Assembly: GCA_002269645.1 (NCBI GenBank)
Contig: NIVC01001944.1
Coordinates: forward strand, 1 to 64,000
DNA from: Macrostomum lignano
Lineage: Eukaryota
Direction of reading: 5' to 3'
Length of the DNA stretch: 64,000 nt
Shown here: positions 24,061 through 35,117 of the stretch, in pieces
How the letters are laid out: each line of letters begins with the position of its first letter
Numbering within the stretch: position 1 is the stretch's first letter
Position numbers and translations under genes: made by a program
The notes under the pieces: model-generated
Told to the model about the DNA's origin: nothing
Database searches by the model: none
The model's input: only the letters and a program-made list of their open reading frames with translations

Positions 24061-24462
24061 AGATAGGACAATAGGTAGAGATACAGAGAGGGGGGTAGGA
24101 CGAGAGTAGCATGACTGAATGACCTGGAGGAAGGTGATAAAAAGCGATAAAAGCGATATGGGCGATTCTGTGTGGCAACATAACTCATCACTAACAGTGC
24201 ATCAAGTGAGTAAAAGATTAAGACAAAGGCATTGCACAATTAAGTAGTAAAAGTAAATCATAACTCAGTTATAATAACAAGGTAGTAACTTCGTATACAC
24301 TCAGCAACATCGAAAAGTCGCCATCACAGAAGTCTATGGTCGTCACTTTTGAAAGTGCAGGTAAAGTTTCAGAATCTTTGCGAGTGACGCAACGCCCCGC
24401 GGCAGACTTGAGTTGCGGAATGAAGTGGGGGGAGCGGTGCGCGAGGGTTGAACGGATTAAAG

Positions 24463-24641
24463 CAGGCGACCCCAATTTATTCACTTGCATCATTTTTTAT
24501 GTTCGCGACCCCTTTTAAAATTAATATACATGTAATGCATTATTATGTATGACAAACTCACACATTTCTTCGTGCTGCGACCTCCAGAAAATGGTCACGC
24601 AACCCCACTGGGGGTCGCGACCCATAGATTGAGAACCACTG
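24463..24641. mobile_element. hAT (Charlie-like) MITE remnant
   Basis: Right TIR TTGAGAACCACTG. 8-bp TSD GATTAAAG at 24455-24462 and 24642-24649. Confidence 0.75.
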
Positions 24642-24783
24642 GATTAAAGCTACCTTGATTAGTTTATATCATATCTTTTATTTATAATATTTTAAAATAG
24701 TCCAAGAGACATTACTCACTGGCGCATAGAGTGGCGACTTTCCAATGTTGCTGAGTAAAGATATTTAGTAGTTCCTGAACTCT

Positions 24784-27349
24784 TCGGCCTTCTTCGAGCA
24801 ACTCTCGGTGCGGGTGGAGGAGATGGCGCAACGTGACACAGTGTCATTCTCGGAGACCTGAACGCAGTTCTGCGTAGGTCCGAGCGATCGCTGTTCGTGA
24901 CAGCGCGAGAGAACGGCAACACCGGAGCGCTAGAGGACTTCCTGGAGAGACAGGACATGGTGTCGGCCAACACCAGATTCCGCAAGTCACCGGGCAGGCT
25001 CGCGACCCTCGTGGGCTGCAAGCGGAGGCGGCGGAACGCGCGCGGCCGGAACGCTACGCGGAGGCTGGCACAGCTCGATCACGTGCTTGTGCGCTTTCGT
25101 GAGCGCCGCCGCGTCACCAACTGCCGCACCATTACGCCGCTGGCTCTGCGGTCCGACCATCGGCTGCTCATCTGCGACCTTCGGCTTCGGGACCCGCTCT
25201 ACCGTCCGCCAAAGCGGCCACCGCGGCGCTACTACCGCGCGCTCAGGGACGCCGAGACGCGACGTCGCTTTGCCGGTGCCTTTGTCACTGCGCTGGGCGA
25301 CAAGCGTGGAGGAGCCGAGTACGCGGAGGTGAGCGCTGCAGTTCGAGCCGCTGCGGAGCAAGCAGTCCCGCTGATGCGACCGGCCCAGCGCGGGCAGCCG
25401 GTCTGGCAGGACGACCCCGCGATCGACGAAGCGAGGGAACATCTGGAGAGGCTCCGTCTGAGTGGGTGGCAAACTCGCGAGGCGGATGAGGCTCTGGCGG
25501 CTGTCTACCTGCAGCGACAGCAGTCCGCTGTCGATGACGCCATCCAAGCCGTCTCTGCCGCAGGGCCCGATGCCAGAGGGCGCGTGGCCTGGTCCGTCAT
25601 CAACACTCTGACGGGGCGAAAGCGGCGCATTGCGCTCAACCTGGCAGGCGACACTCCGGATGAGCGCAGGAACGAGCTGCGCGAGATCTTCGCCGCCATT
25701 GTCAACGCGCCGCCCCCTCCGCTTCCAGAAAATCTGAGGCTGCCGCCGGAGACGCCGTTGCCGGCGGAGGAGAGCTTCAACGTTGCCCCAGTCAGCACAG
25801 CCGACGTTGTGAAGTTCGCTCGGCAGTCGCCGGGCGGCAAAGCGCTTGGTCCGGACGAGGTGCCCACCGAGGCACTGCGGATCCACTGCATGGCCACTGA
25901 GGTCGCCAGAGTGATGAACCGCGTGCTTTCCGGTGAGGTGGCGCCAAACGAATGGACCACGGCGCACATCGTCGCCATTCCAAAGAAGCCGGGCACCACC
26001 AAGCTCGAGGAGCATCGAGGCATCTGCCTACAGTCCTGCGCCGCGAAGCTGTTCAACCGCATGCTGCTATCGCGGCTACAGCCTGTGCTGGACCCGTACC
26101 TGCGGCATGAGCAGAACGGATTCCGGCCCCATCGCGGCACAGTGACGCAGATCCTAACTCTTCGGCGAGTCATCGAGGAGGCGCGCATCCGCCAGTTGAC
26201 CCTGATCCTGATCTTCGTCGATTTTCAGGAAGGCCTTCGACTCGGTCGTGAGGGACGCGCTCCCAGAGGTGCTCCGTGCGTACAACGTGCCAGAGCTGCT
26301 GATTTCTGCTGTCATGGCGCTGTACCACGGCACGACGGCTGCTGTCTCAACACCGGACGGCCTATCGGATTTCTTCGGGACATCCTCCGGGGTGCTCCAG
26401 GGAGATACGCTAGCGCCGTTCCTATTTATTCTGGTGCTTGACTGGGTGCTACGGACTGCTCTGCTTTCCAACGACGACGGCTTCCTGCTGCGGCGACGCG
26501 TGGGTCGACGCCAACCGGAGAGACGGCTCAGCGTGCTTGGCTACGCCGATGACCTCGCCCTGCTGTCCTCGACCGTCGAGGGCGCCCAACGACAGCTGGA
26601 TAGGCTGGTTGCCGTTGCGGCGAGCGTCGGCCTGGTGGTCAACACGCAGAAGACCGTCGTGCTATGCGTGCCGGACGACACCGAGGCTGCAATCTTCTGC
26701 CGAGGCGCTGACGGACAGGCGAGTGAGCTTCCAAGATGTCAGCAGTTCGTCTACCTCGGCGGTCTGGTTCCCGACGTCCGCGAGGATCTGCGGCGTCGCC
26801 GAGGACTTGCCTGGGCTGCCTTTCGTTCTATAAGGTCAGTCCTGCAGTCCGAGGCCCTACCGGACCGCCAGAGGGCGGCGCTGTTCCAGGCGGTGATCGA
26901 GACCGTCCTGTTATACAACGCCGAGACCTGGACGCTGACAGACTCGCTCGAGGCTCAAGTCGACGCGGCGCACGCTGGCCTGCTGCGCGCCGCCTTCAAG
27001 ATCGGCAACGAGCGAGTCACCCTCACCAACACGGCGCTCTATCATCGCACCGGCCTGGCCCGTCCTAGCGATCTGCTGCGCCGTCGGCGACTCCAGCTGG
27101 CAGGCCACGTCATCCGCGCCGAGGCCTACTGTCCAGAGCCGGTGCAGGAGGTGCTGCTACTTACGTTGCAGGCACCCTACCGGCGGGGACAGGCGAGGAC
27201 ACGGCGCTACGTCGACTGTCTGCTGGCTGACGCCGGCGCCCCGGACTCTGCCGGCGGTGCGGCCTTTGTTTGCGCCCAAGCCTTGAAGCGTGCCATCTGA
27301 CGCTGCTTTTGCGATCCGGCAGCGTACTCTGTTGTTGTTGTTTGTTGTT
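24784..27349 (+). mobile_element. 5'-truncated RTE-like non-LTR retrotransposon (partial APE endonuclease plus RT)
   Basis: APE motifs VILGDLNA, SANTRF, LDHVLV and SDHRL. RT motifs KALGPDEVP, IPKKPG, QNGFRPHR, DF-KAFDS, GVLQGDTLAPFLF and YADD. (TGT)n-type 3' tail. 9-bp TSD CTGAACTCT at 24775-24783 and 27350-27358. Single-base frameshifts at about 24841 and 26225. Confidence 0.92.
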
Positions 27350-27519
27350 CTGAACTCTCAGCAAATAGTGATCTAGATGGAGTATACCTTATTTAAAAAT
27401 AATCAATAACAAAACAATCAGCAATAGCAAGTCCAAAAATGACACTTTTGATTTTTATAGTGCAAAATAGATATAAATATGCGCTGATCCCCGAAGCCAT
27501 GCCTTAAAGCCCAAAACAG

Positions 27520-28760
27520 CGCTGGAAAACTCAAATTGGCGCGGGAAAGCTCAAATTGGCGGGAAAGCTCAAATTGGCGCCGGAAGTCAAATTTGGCGAC
27601 AGGATCACCAAATCGGCGCCAGGATCGCCGAATCAGCGCCGGAATGCTGCAATCAGCTCGACAAAACCTAAACCAGCGCTTGAAAGCTCAAATTGGCGCG
27701 GGAAAGCTCGAATTGGCGCCGGAAGTCAAATTTAGCGCCAGGATCACCAAATCGGCGCCAGGATCGCCGAATCAGCGCCGGAATGCTGAAATCAGCTCGA
27801 GAAAACCTAAATCAGCGCTGGAAAGCTCAAATCGGCGCGGGAAAGCTTGAATTGGCGCCGGAAGTCAAATTTGGCGCCAGGATCACCAAATCGGCGCCAG
27901 GATCGCTGAATCAGCACCGGAATGCTGAAATCAGCTCGAGAAAACCTAAACCAGCGCTGGAAAGCTCAAACCAGCGCTGGAAAGCTCAAATCGGCGCTGG
28001 AAAGCTCAAATTGGCCCGGGAAAGCTCGAATTGGCGCCGGAAGTTAAAATTTGGCGCCAGGATCACCAAATCGGCGCCAGGATCGCCGAATCAGCGCCGG
28101 AATGCTGAAATCAGCTCGAGAAAACCTAAACCAGCACTGGAAAGCTCAAATCGGCGCTGGAAAGCTCAAATTGGTCCGGGAAAGCTCGAATTGGCGCCGG
28201 AAGTCAAATTTGGCGCCAGGATCGCCAAATCGGCGCCAGGATCGCCGAATCAGCGCCGAAATGCTGAAATCAGCTCGAGAAAACCTAAACCAGCGCTGGA
28301 AAGCTCAAACCAGCGCTGGAAAGCTCAAATCGGCGCTGGAAATCTTAAATTGGCCGGGGAAAGCTCGAATTGGCGCCGGAAGTTAAAATTTGGTGCCAGG
28401 ATCACCAAATCGGCGCCAGGATCGCCGAATCAGCGCCGGAATGCTGAAATCAGCTCGAGAAAACCTAAACCAGCGCTGGAAAGCTCAAATCGGCGCGGGA
28501 AAGCTCGAATTGGCGCCGGAAGTCAAATTTGGCGCCAGGATCACCAAATCAGCGCCAGGATCGCTGAATCAGCACCGGAATGCTAAAATCAGCGCAAAAA
28601 AGCCTAAACCAGCGCTGGAAAGCTCAAATCGGCGCTGGAAAGCTCAAATCGGCGCTGGAAAGCTCAAATCGGCGCTGGAAAGCTCAAATTGGCGTGGGAA
28701 ATCTCGAATTGGCTCCGGAAGTCAAATTTGGCGCCAGGATCCCCAAATCAGCGCTGGAAT
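27520..28760. repeat. Tandem array related to 19075-20480 (diverged subfamily)
   Basis: Same GGAAAGCTCAAA / TTGGCGCC subunits and the same unique downstream flank (...GGAAT(T/G)TGCCAACGGG...). Confidence 0.9.
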
Positions 28761-28970
28761 GTGCCAACGGGTGTAGAAGTGGTAGCATATATCAGCTTGC
28801 TACTTCTTGGCGCCATTTTTAATATACCGGCGCCAATTTCAGCCTTTGGGCGCCCATTTTAGCGCCCTGGCAAGGTCAATGCATTTAGTGCTCACGCAAT
28901 GGAGCCGAAAAAAAGTTTTTTTTCTTTTTTGAATTAGTGCCATGTATCTTGACAACCAATGCGAGTCAAG

Positions 28971-29230
28971 GGGCCTTTTCATATTGCTTGCTCTGGTTCC
29001 AGAACCAGAACCAATTTGTGAAGTATAACTTTTTGTCTCCATAACTAGAGGGAGATACGTACTATAAAGTTTTTATTATTGAATGACAATCGCCAAGAAG
29101 AAAGTGAAAAATTGTGCTAAGTTAGGTTGTTAAGGCAGTAAAATATTAACAAAGTTTAATAGTTATACTGCTGTTTTTCTTGGAATTCCGAACCGATTCT
29201 GGTTCTGGAATTGGTAATATGAAAAGGCCC
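28971..29230. mobile_element. PIF/Harbinger-like MITE, 260 bp
   Basis: 15-bp TIRs GGGCCTTTTCATATT / AATATGAAAAGGCCC and a 3-bp TSD AAG. The empty site GAGTCAAGTTCTGGCG is present in the paralogous flank at about 20711-20726. Confidence 0.85.
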
Positions 29231-30083
29231 AAGTTCTGGCGTCTGTTTCTCCACAGCCCCGCAATGGCATTTCCTAACCATTGTGGGCTGGCCCGCGCTA
29301 AGGGAGCCCACCCCACCGTGGGGCGGACCCCGCTAACGGGCTATTTTTAGCGTGGGATGGGCTCCGCTAACGGGCGGCCATAAACTGGGGTAGGTTTAAA
29401 ATTGGTCTGTGGTGGTCCCACTCCAGAGTGTACATAGCCTATAGAACAAATGTACATTGCCATTCGTAACGTTACTAAAAATAGACTGGGCTGCCTTAAA
29501 AGCCACGGCTTCCTTTAATATGACAAGAGCGTGCGTGGAAAGTGAAGTTCGTCTAATAAAGTCTTGTGCATTTCTTAAGAAAGATAAGGACTAGCCAAGG
29601 AAATTTCTTGGATTTAAATTTGGAGCAAACAAGCAGTGGACATACAAAAAAGTACCTTATTAGTTGGCTGCTAAGTGTTTTGAATTGTTAAGTGTTGTGA
29701 TTGTGCTGCCTGACTGACCCGCCACTATTTTTAGCGCTTGACATCAGACAGGCGCAGACTGAACTACAAACCAGAAAACAGTCGCAAAGACAACATATAG
29801 AAAGGCAAAGGTTGAATCAACTGTTACCTTCAGAGGCTTTAGTCTAATTCTAAAATGAATAGAAAGATAAGCGATGTTTTCATATATTTTCGATAATTTT
29901 GCAAAGTTTAGTATATTTGATTGATCGGCCTTTAATTAAGCTTTGCTAACTCATGTTTCAAGTTAAGAAAGAAACACTTCCAGCGGTCCTTGGAATGCTC
30001 ATGCACGGACCAGAGTGGAATGGAACGACTAAAATCTAAAATTGCACTCTGTAGGCAAAAAGTAATTGCGATTTGACTAGACT

Positions 30084-30487
30084 CAGTGGCGGCGCAGGAC
30101 CTCCAGCTGGGGGGGGGGGGCGGTGGTTGGGTGGTCACCCCCCCCCGGCTGGGACGTGGTCACCCCCAGAAAAAATTATCAAAAAAAAAGCTTTCCAAAA
30201 TCGTTAGGATTCGTTATCGCCCAGGCCCAGTTCGCGGTTCGCCCTCAAAGGGTGACCACCCTTACAGCCTACAGGCCCTACCGGGTGACCACCCCCCTGA
30301 GGTCTCAGGTGACCACCCCCATGCCCCATGGGGTGACCACACTTTTGAAAAAATATGGTAAAGACGAAAGTACCAATTTTTTTTAAGTGGGTGATCACCC
30401 CCTGGGGGTGGTCACCTCCTGAGGGTGGTGAGGGGTGGTCACCCGGGGGCAGCCCGCCCCCCCCGCCCCCCCCCTGCGCCGCCACTG
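30084..30487. mobile_element. MITE with CAGTGGCGGCGCAG TIRs (hAT-like)
   Basis: Perfect 14-bp TIRs and internal GGTGACCACCCC repeats. The flanks ACTAGACT / TAAAGACT match at only 5 of 8 positions. Confidence 0.65.
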
Positions 30488-31651
30488 TAAAGACTCGCCT
30501 CTTGTCTCACGCAGTTCCTGGAAACCAGAAACCAGCTGCCGCATGCATAGCAGGCAGGAAACTAGAATTCTTGCCTAAGAAAGCAATACGCTCCAAGCGC
30601 ATGGTGAGGAGCTGTTCACACGTACACAAGTTCCTCCTCGCAGTTCCCGTACACAACCACAAGTACATTGTACGTATTTCATTTGCTTCCTACACAATAT
30701 TTAAAAAGTACGCGATTTCGATCGATCTGCCTTATCTGCAATCTTGATTTCGACGCTAAAGTTCCCCACTGGGGAGGGGTAAAACCCACCCCGTCTACCC
30801 CGAGTTCTCCACGCAGTGTACTGCACGCGGTAGCCATCCATGTACAGGAGCAAATCCCATTTAGCTCCTTAAACACAAAGCTTTGTGCTGAGATCATTCC
30901 CAGATCAATCTGCAAGTGCCTGTTTACAGAAGTTCTGGCAGCGAAAAATGTACTTTTATCAATCCAATAAGGTAAAAATTCTGTCGCAAGTAAAAATTTG
31001 CGTCGCAAACGTTAACTCTCAGCCATGCAGAGAAGCCAAGGCAAGACAGAGAGCAAGATTCAATATGCCGGCCTTTCTATACTTTGCCCAAACTATAGCA
31101 GTGCATGTAGAATTAATCTCTTTTAATCGTGTGCTGAACAAAATTGCATGTATAGCTTGCGTGCAAATAATTCATATGATTCTCTGGGCTGCATGCAGTT
31201 TTGCTTGCTGGAAAATGCCATTGAATATTAGCCGAAACTGGCTACTGTATCGCACAATTGCGCGCCGTATTAATTTTTCTCTCTAAGAGGTGACTCATTT
31301 AGATTAGAGTTTTATGGTTAGCCGGGCGATTTTGTAGCGATAAAATTTGCAGTTTTTCTTTCCAATGTAGCATTTTTACATCGTACGCTCGTACAGCCCA
31401 TCAGTGGCAGGGTATCCAAGCTGGAAATATGCAAAACTTAGTTCTGGAATTAACTACCGCCACTGGGCTTGGAAACAAGTACAACTGTACATGTACATGC
31501 ATCCTGTATGCTCAGTCGCACTTCACCTACTGAACTAAAAATTCCAAAAACTAAATAAATCAGGCAACCAAGATTATGAAAAACGAACGACAGAAGCTCA
31601 ACTTTTACCACCTCTTGCCAGTATATTATAGCTAGCTAAGCTAGTAACGTG

Positions 31652-32021
31652 CAGTGGCGTAGCCAGGAATTTCAATTGGGGGGGGGGCGGGTTGGCCTGG
31701 CTGGCCATGCCTTATGCCATTGCCACTTTTGGCGCCGCAGGCACTCATTTTGGCGTCGCAGGCACTCATTTTGGCGCTGCGGGCACTCATTTTAGCGTCG
31801 CAGGCACTCATCTTGGCGTCGCAGGCACTCATTTTGGCGCCGCAGGCACTCTTTTTAGCGCCGCAGGCACTCATTTTAGCGTCGCAGGCACTCTTTTTAG
31901 CGCCGCAGGCACTCAATTGCCTCCTGGTTTTTGGTATCCGCCGCGCCCAACCCCACCCCCCGACGATTGGGGGGGAGGGGGGGGGGGCGCGGCCACCCCG
32001 GCCCCCCCCCCTGGCTACGCG
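31652..32021. mobile_element. hAT-type MITE with internal 21-bp repeats
   Basis: Left TIR CAGTGGCGTAGCCAGG; the right TIR CCTGGCTACGC lacks its terminal bases. 8-bp TSD GTAACGTG at 31644-31651 and 32022-32029. Confidence 0.8.
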
Positions 32022-32896
32022 GTAACGTGGTCCTTTGACTTGTACATGTAAATGTATATAAATTACACACTTACTGTTATCTACTGTAAATTCAATTCAA
32101 ATAAGATTTCATTACTTAAATTTCGATGCATGTATTTCGATGGTTATACTGCATGTACCACCTCATCCTGACGCATACGTGAAAAATAAATGCCAAAAGT
32201 TACACAAGTACAGTACTACAACGATCGAGGGAACTGTCTCAATCCAATTAACTTATTGTGAATTCGATCAGCGTATCTGAAAATTCTACTGATCAGATAG
32301 TCGTGTGCCTTGGATGCAAGGACTACATGGACATGTACTTAAGTAATATTCGTTACTTTAGTCGTCCTTGCTTGGATGGCTTTTGGGTTGACTAGAAGAA
32401 TCTCACAGGAATATGAACATGTACAGTCAGGGGCGACGATTTCGGAGCCGCAGACACTCATTTAATTTGTTGCCGCAGGCGTGCTACGTTCTGTCTAAAG
32501 CAAAATTATTGATTTCAATAACGGGTCACAAGAATGGAGTCAAGGTCCTTGGGTGGAGTGTGCGAGGGACAAAGCAAATTGGCATGGCCATTTTACTGGG
32601 GGGACGTCCCCACTGTCCCGGTGGGCGACGCCTTGCGTACAGTTGTTGTACAACAGGAACCAGGATTCTATTATGGCTTCCCGGCTTGGCAAGACTGAAA
32701 AACAGATGGACTGAATAGACTAAATAGTGAAGCTTGAAAAAACAAAGAATTAAGAAACTGAAAGGAAGTCGCCCAAACAAAAACAGAAAGATTAATGCTT
32801 TAAAGCATCTGTTAAAATGAGTTTGTTTTGCCAAAAAATAAAATTAAAAAACAACTTTCTTCGAAACATTGACGGTCGTCACTCGTCGGTCACTTG

Positions 32897-33317
32897 TGTA
32901 ACGGTTTGGAAATTCTGTAATTCAAATCTAGTTTATTAACATGGTGTATTTTAACTTTATTCAAATCCTTAGCTGTTTAGATTACGTGTGTAATTATTCT
33001 AGGGTTTTAATATTACGTATTTTGTTAATTTGGTTTCCGTTTCCAAGAAATGCGACTCATAATTTTAACATGTAAGTTCTAGTCTTTTTCTGTAAGCGTG
33101 TGGCAGCCTGGGACGTAGATCAACCTAGCATGTACGTGAGATACAATAATTATAATCAGAGCCGATAACCAGTGTACGCATTCATACTAAGACAGTAAGA
33201 TTTCTTATGCTCCGAGTATAGTAAATCGTCCAGGACTGACAGACGTATCTGCTGAACCATATACGTTGCTAATACTCTCTCTTCGCTAGTAATATTAAAT
33301 ATACCGGACTCGTTACA
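32897..33317 (+). repeat. 5' LTR
   Basis: TGTAACGG...CGTTACA, 421 bp. Confidence 0.95.
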
Positions 33318-33323
33318 TCAATT

Positions 33324-33336
33324 TGGAGGTCCCACC
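33324..33336 (+). promoter_or_regulatory. Primer-binding site, probably tRNA-Gln
   Basis: TGGAGGTCCCACC is complementary to the ...GGUGGGACCUCCA 3' end typical of metazoan tRNA-Gln. Confidence 0.75.
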
Positions 33337-33948
33337 ACCGAACTCTTCATATCAGTCATCATCATCAGGAGTCCGTCAGCATTCAGGCTCCCATCCTCAT
33401 CAGGCACTGCGACACGATAATTTTGGCCGGGTACACAATAGCCATCTGCAACCGCAACCAGGTCCTACACTACAGTATTGCGGCGAGGCTGAGGCAGCAC
33501 AATTTCGTTTCAACTTGTCTAAAACCGCGTGAGTCAGCTCTACATCTAGACCCAAGGCCAAGCGAAAACAGTCAATACGCTCGTAGCTACGGCGCGTCAA
33601 AACCCCAGCCGGTCAACTCAGCGTAAACAACACTCAACTGTTCTGAGGTCCGTATAAGCTGCCGACTGAACCGCGAGACCACCACCCCAGCGGCAGCCAC
33701 CCCTAAAGGCCACAGCCAATCCGGTCCAAGCGGCAGTACGGCAGGACGGCAGTCTGTACATTGTACTCCACGGCCAATAACCTCCAAGAGTTTCATCACA
33801 GTTGTGAGTGTGGTTGCTTCATTTTGGGCTGTTTAGCTGAGCTTACCTGGCTGTTCAAAGGTGTGTACGCGTGTAGGTTTTTTTCTTCCTTTCCTCTCTG
33901 TAATCTTAGTCTTCACTTTGCACTGGCACACCTCTTTTTTCTCTCAAT

Positions 33949-35117
33949 ATGTCTGTAGAGCAATCAGCCACTGGAACTCAAGGCGCACCTCTGGTGGGTG
34001 AACCCATAAAGCTGCCTGAGACTGAGAAGGCTCAAAATGAAGCCGAGTTAAACCAAATTGCTACTGAGAGTAGCGTGGGTGCTATTTTAGGAAGTCTTGA
34101 CAGAACGCTGGGCAACTTGGATGCTAAGCTTGACTATGCGAGAGTGCCTGAGGCAAAGCTGAAAGCCCCACCTTGCTACCACCCTAAAATCAGATTTGAG
34201 CTCTGGGAGACACAACTCCGGGCCTATTTAAGCGTTAACAGAGTTCAGCGGGAGCACTGTGGCGGTGTTCTTTTCTCTCTACTATCGCCAGAAGTCCAAG
34301 AGTTTTACTACAATAGCAAACTACAGGATCTAGCTTTTCCAGCAGCATTAGAAGCTCTCCGCGAGCGGTACACGGACTCTAGCAGTGCCGATAAATTTTA
34401 CATTGAGCTGACAGTTGCCCACCAAGCTGATGGCGAAGGAATTCAAGAATTCTGTGACCGTCTTGTAGCCCTAGCCACCGCAGCTAAAATTTCTGCTCCA
34501 CACAGCGATCCATTGGTTCGGTCACGTTTTTGTTATGGAGTTCTAGACAAAAATCTAGCTGAGAGACTAATTACAATGACCCAGGAGTCACCCAAAGCAA
34601 CCCTTCAAGACCTCCTGAAGAAAGCCAAAAGTTTTCTAGACATTCAGAAGCTGCTGAAACCGACTGAGACAAGCAAGATCCGGCAGTTAGAAGTAGACGA
34701 GATAAGCCGACTCAAAAACAGGATCCAAGAACTTGAGACAGAAGCCAAGCAGAGGGGCAAGTTCGAACACGAATTTAATAGCCAGCCTACTGGGGGATTT
34801 AGACCACAGGCTTTGCACACTGCCACTGATAAACCACGAGGTACAATGCGCCTATCACGGGCAGGCACGCAGGCAAGCGGCACTGCTTCAGGTGCGGTTC
34901 AGCTGATCACCTGGTAGCAGAGTGCCCTGGCTCAGGTGCACCTGAAAACGGTAAATTTTCATGGCGCCACCCGAGGCAGCCCACACAGAAGGCTCAGCTA
35001 AAGTGGAAAAAGAGCTGGGTAGAATTTCCTACTGGTCAAATGCCTACGGATTCATCCAGTCTCTGCCTCTGGGAGATTCTGTTTTCGTACACTTCTCGCA
35101 GCTCAGCAGCGAGTTAA
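33949..35117 (+). CDS. gag: Gag; its CCHC zinc knuckle lies in the -1 frame after about 34830-34880
   Basis: Gag-like ORF 33949-34917. The knuckle CFRCGSADHLVAEC is at 34884-34925 in a frame that stays open to TAA 35115-35117. Confidence 0.8.

Noticed and set aside
24987-26188. Long antisense ORFs over the RTE element, and similar ones over Gypsy pol
   Set aside because: They are shadow ORFs of GC-rich coding sequence with no recognisable motifs.
34915-34917. Stop-codon readthrough from gag into pol
   Set aside because: The frame after the TAG is not the Pol frame, and the knuckle lies in a third frame.
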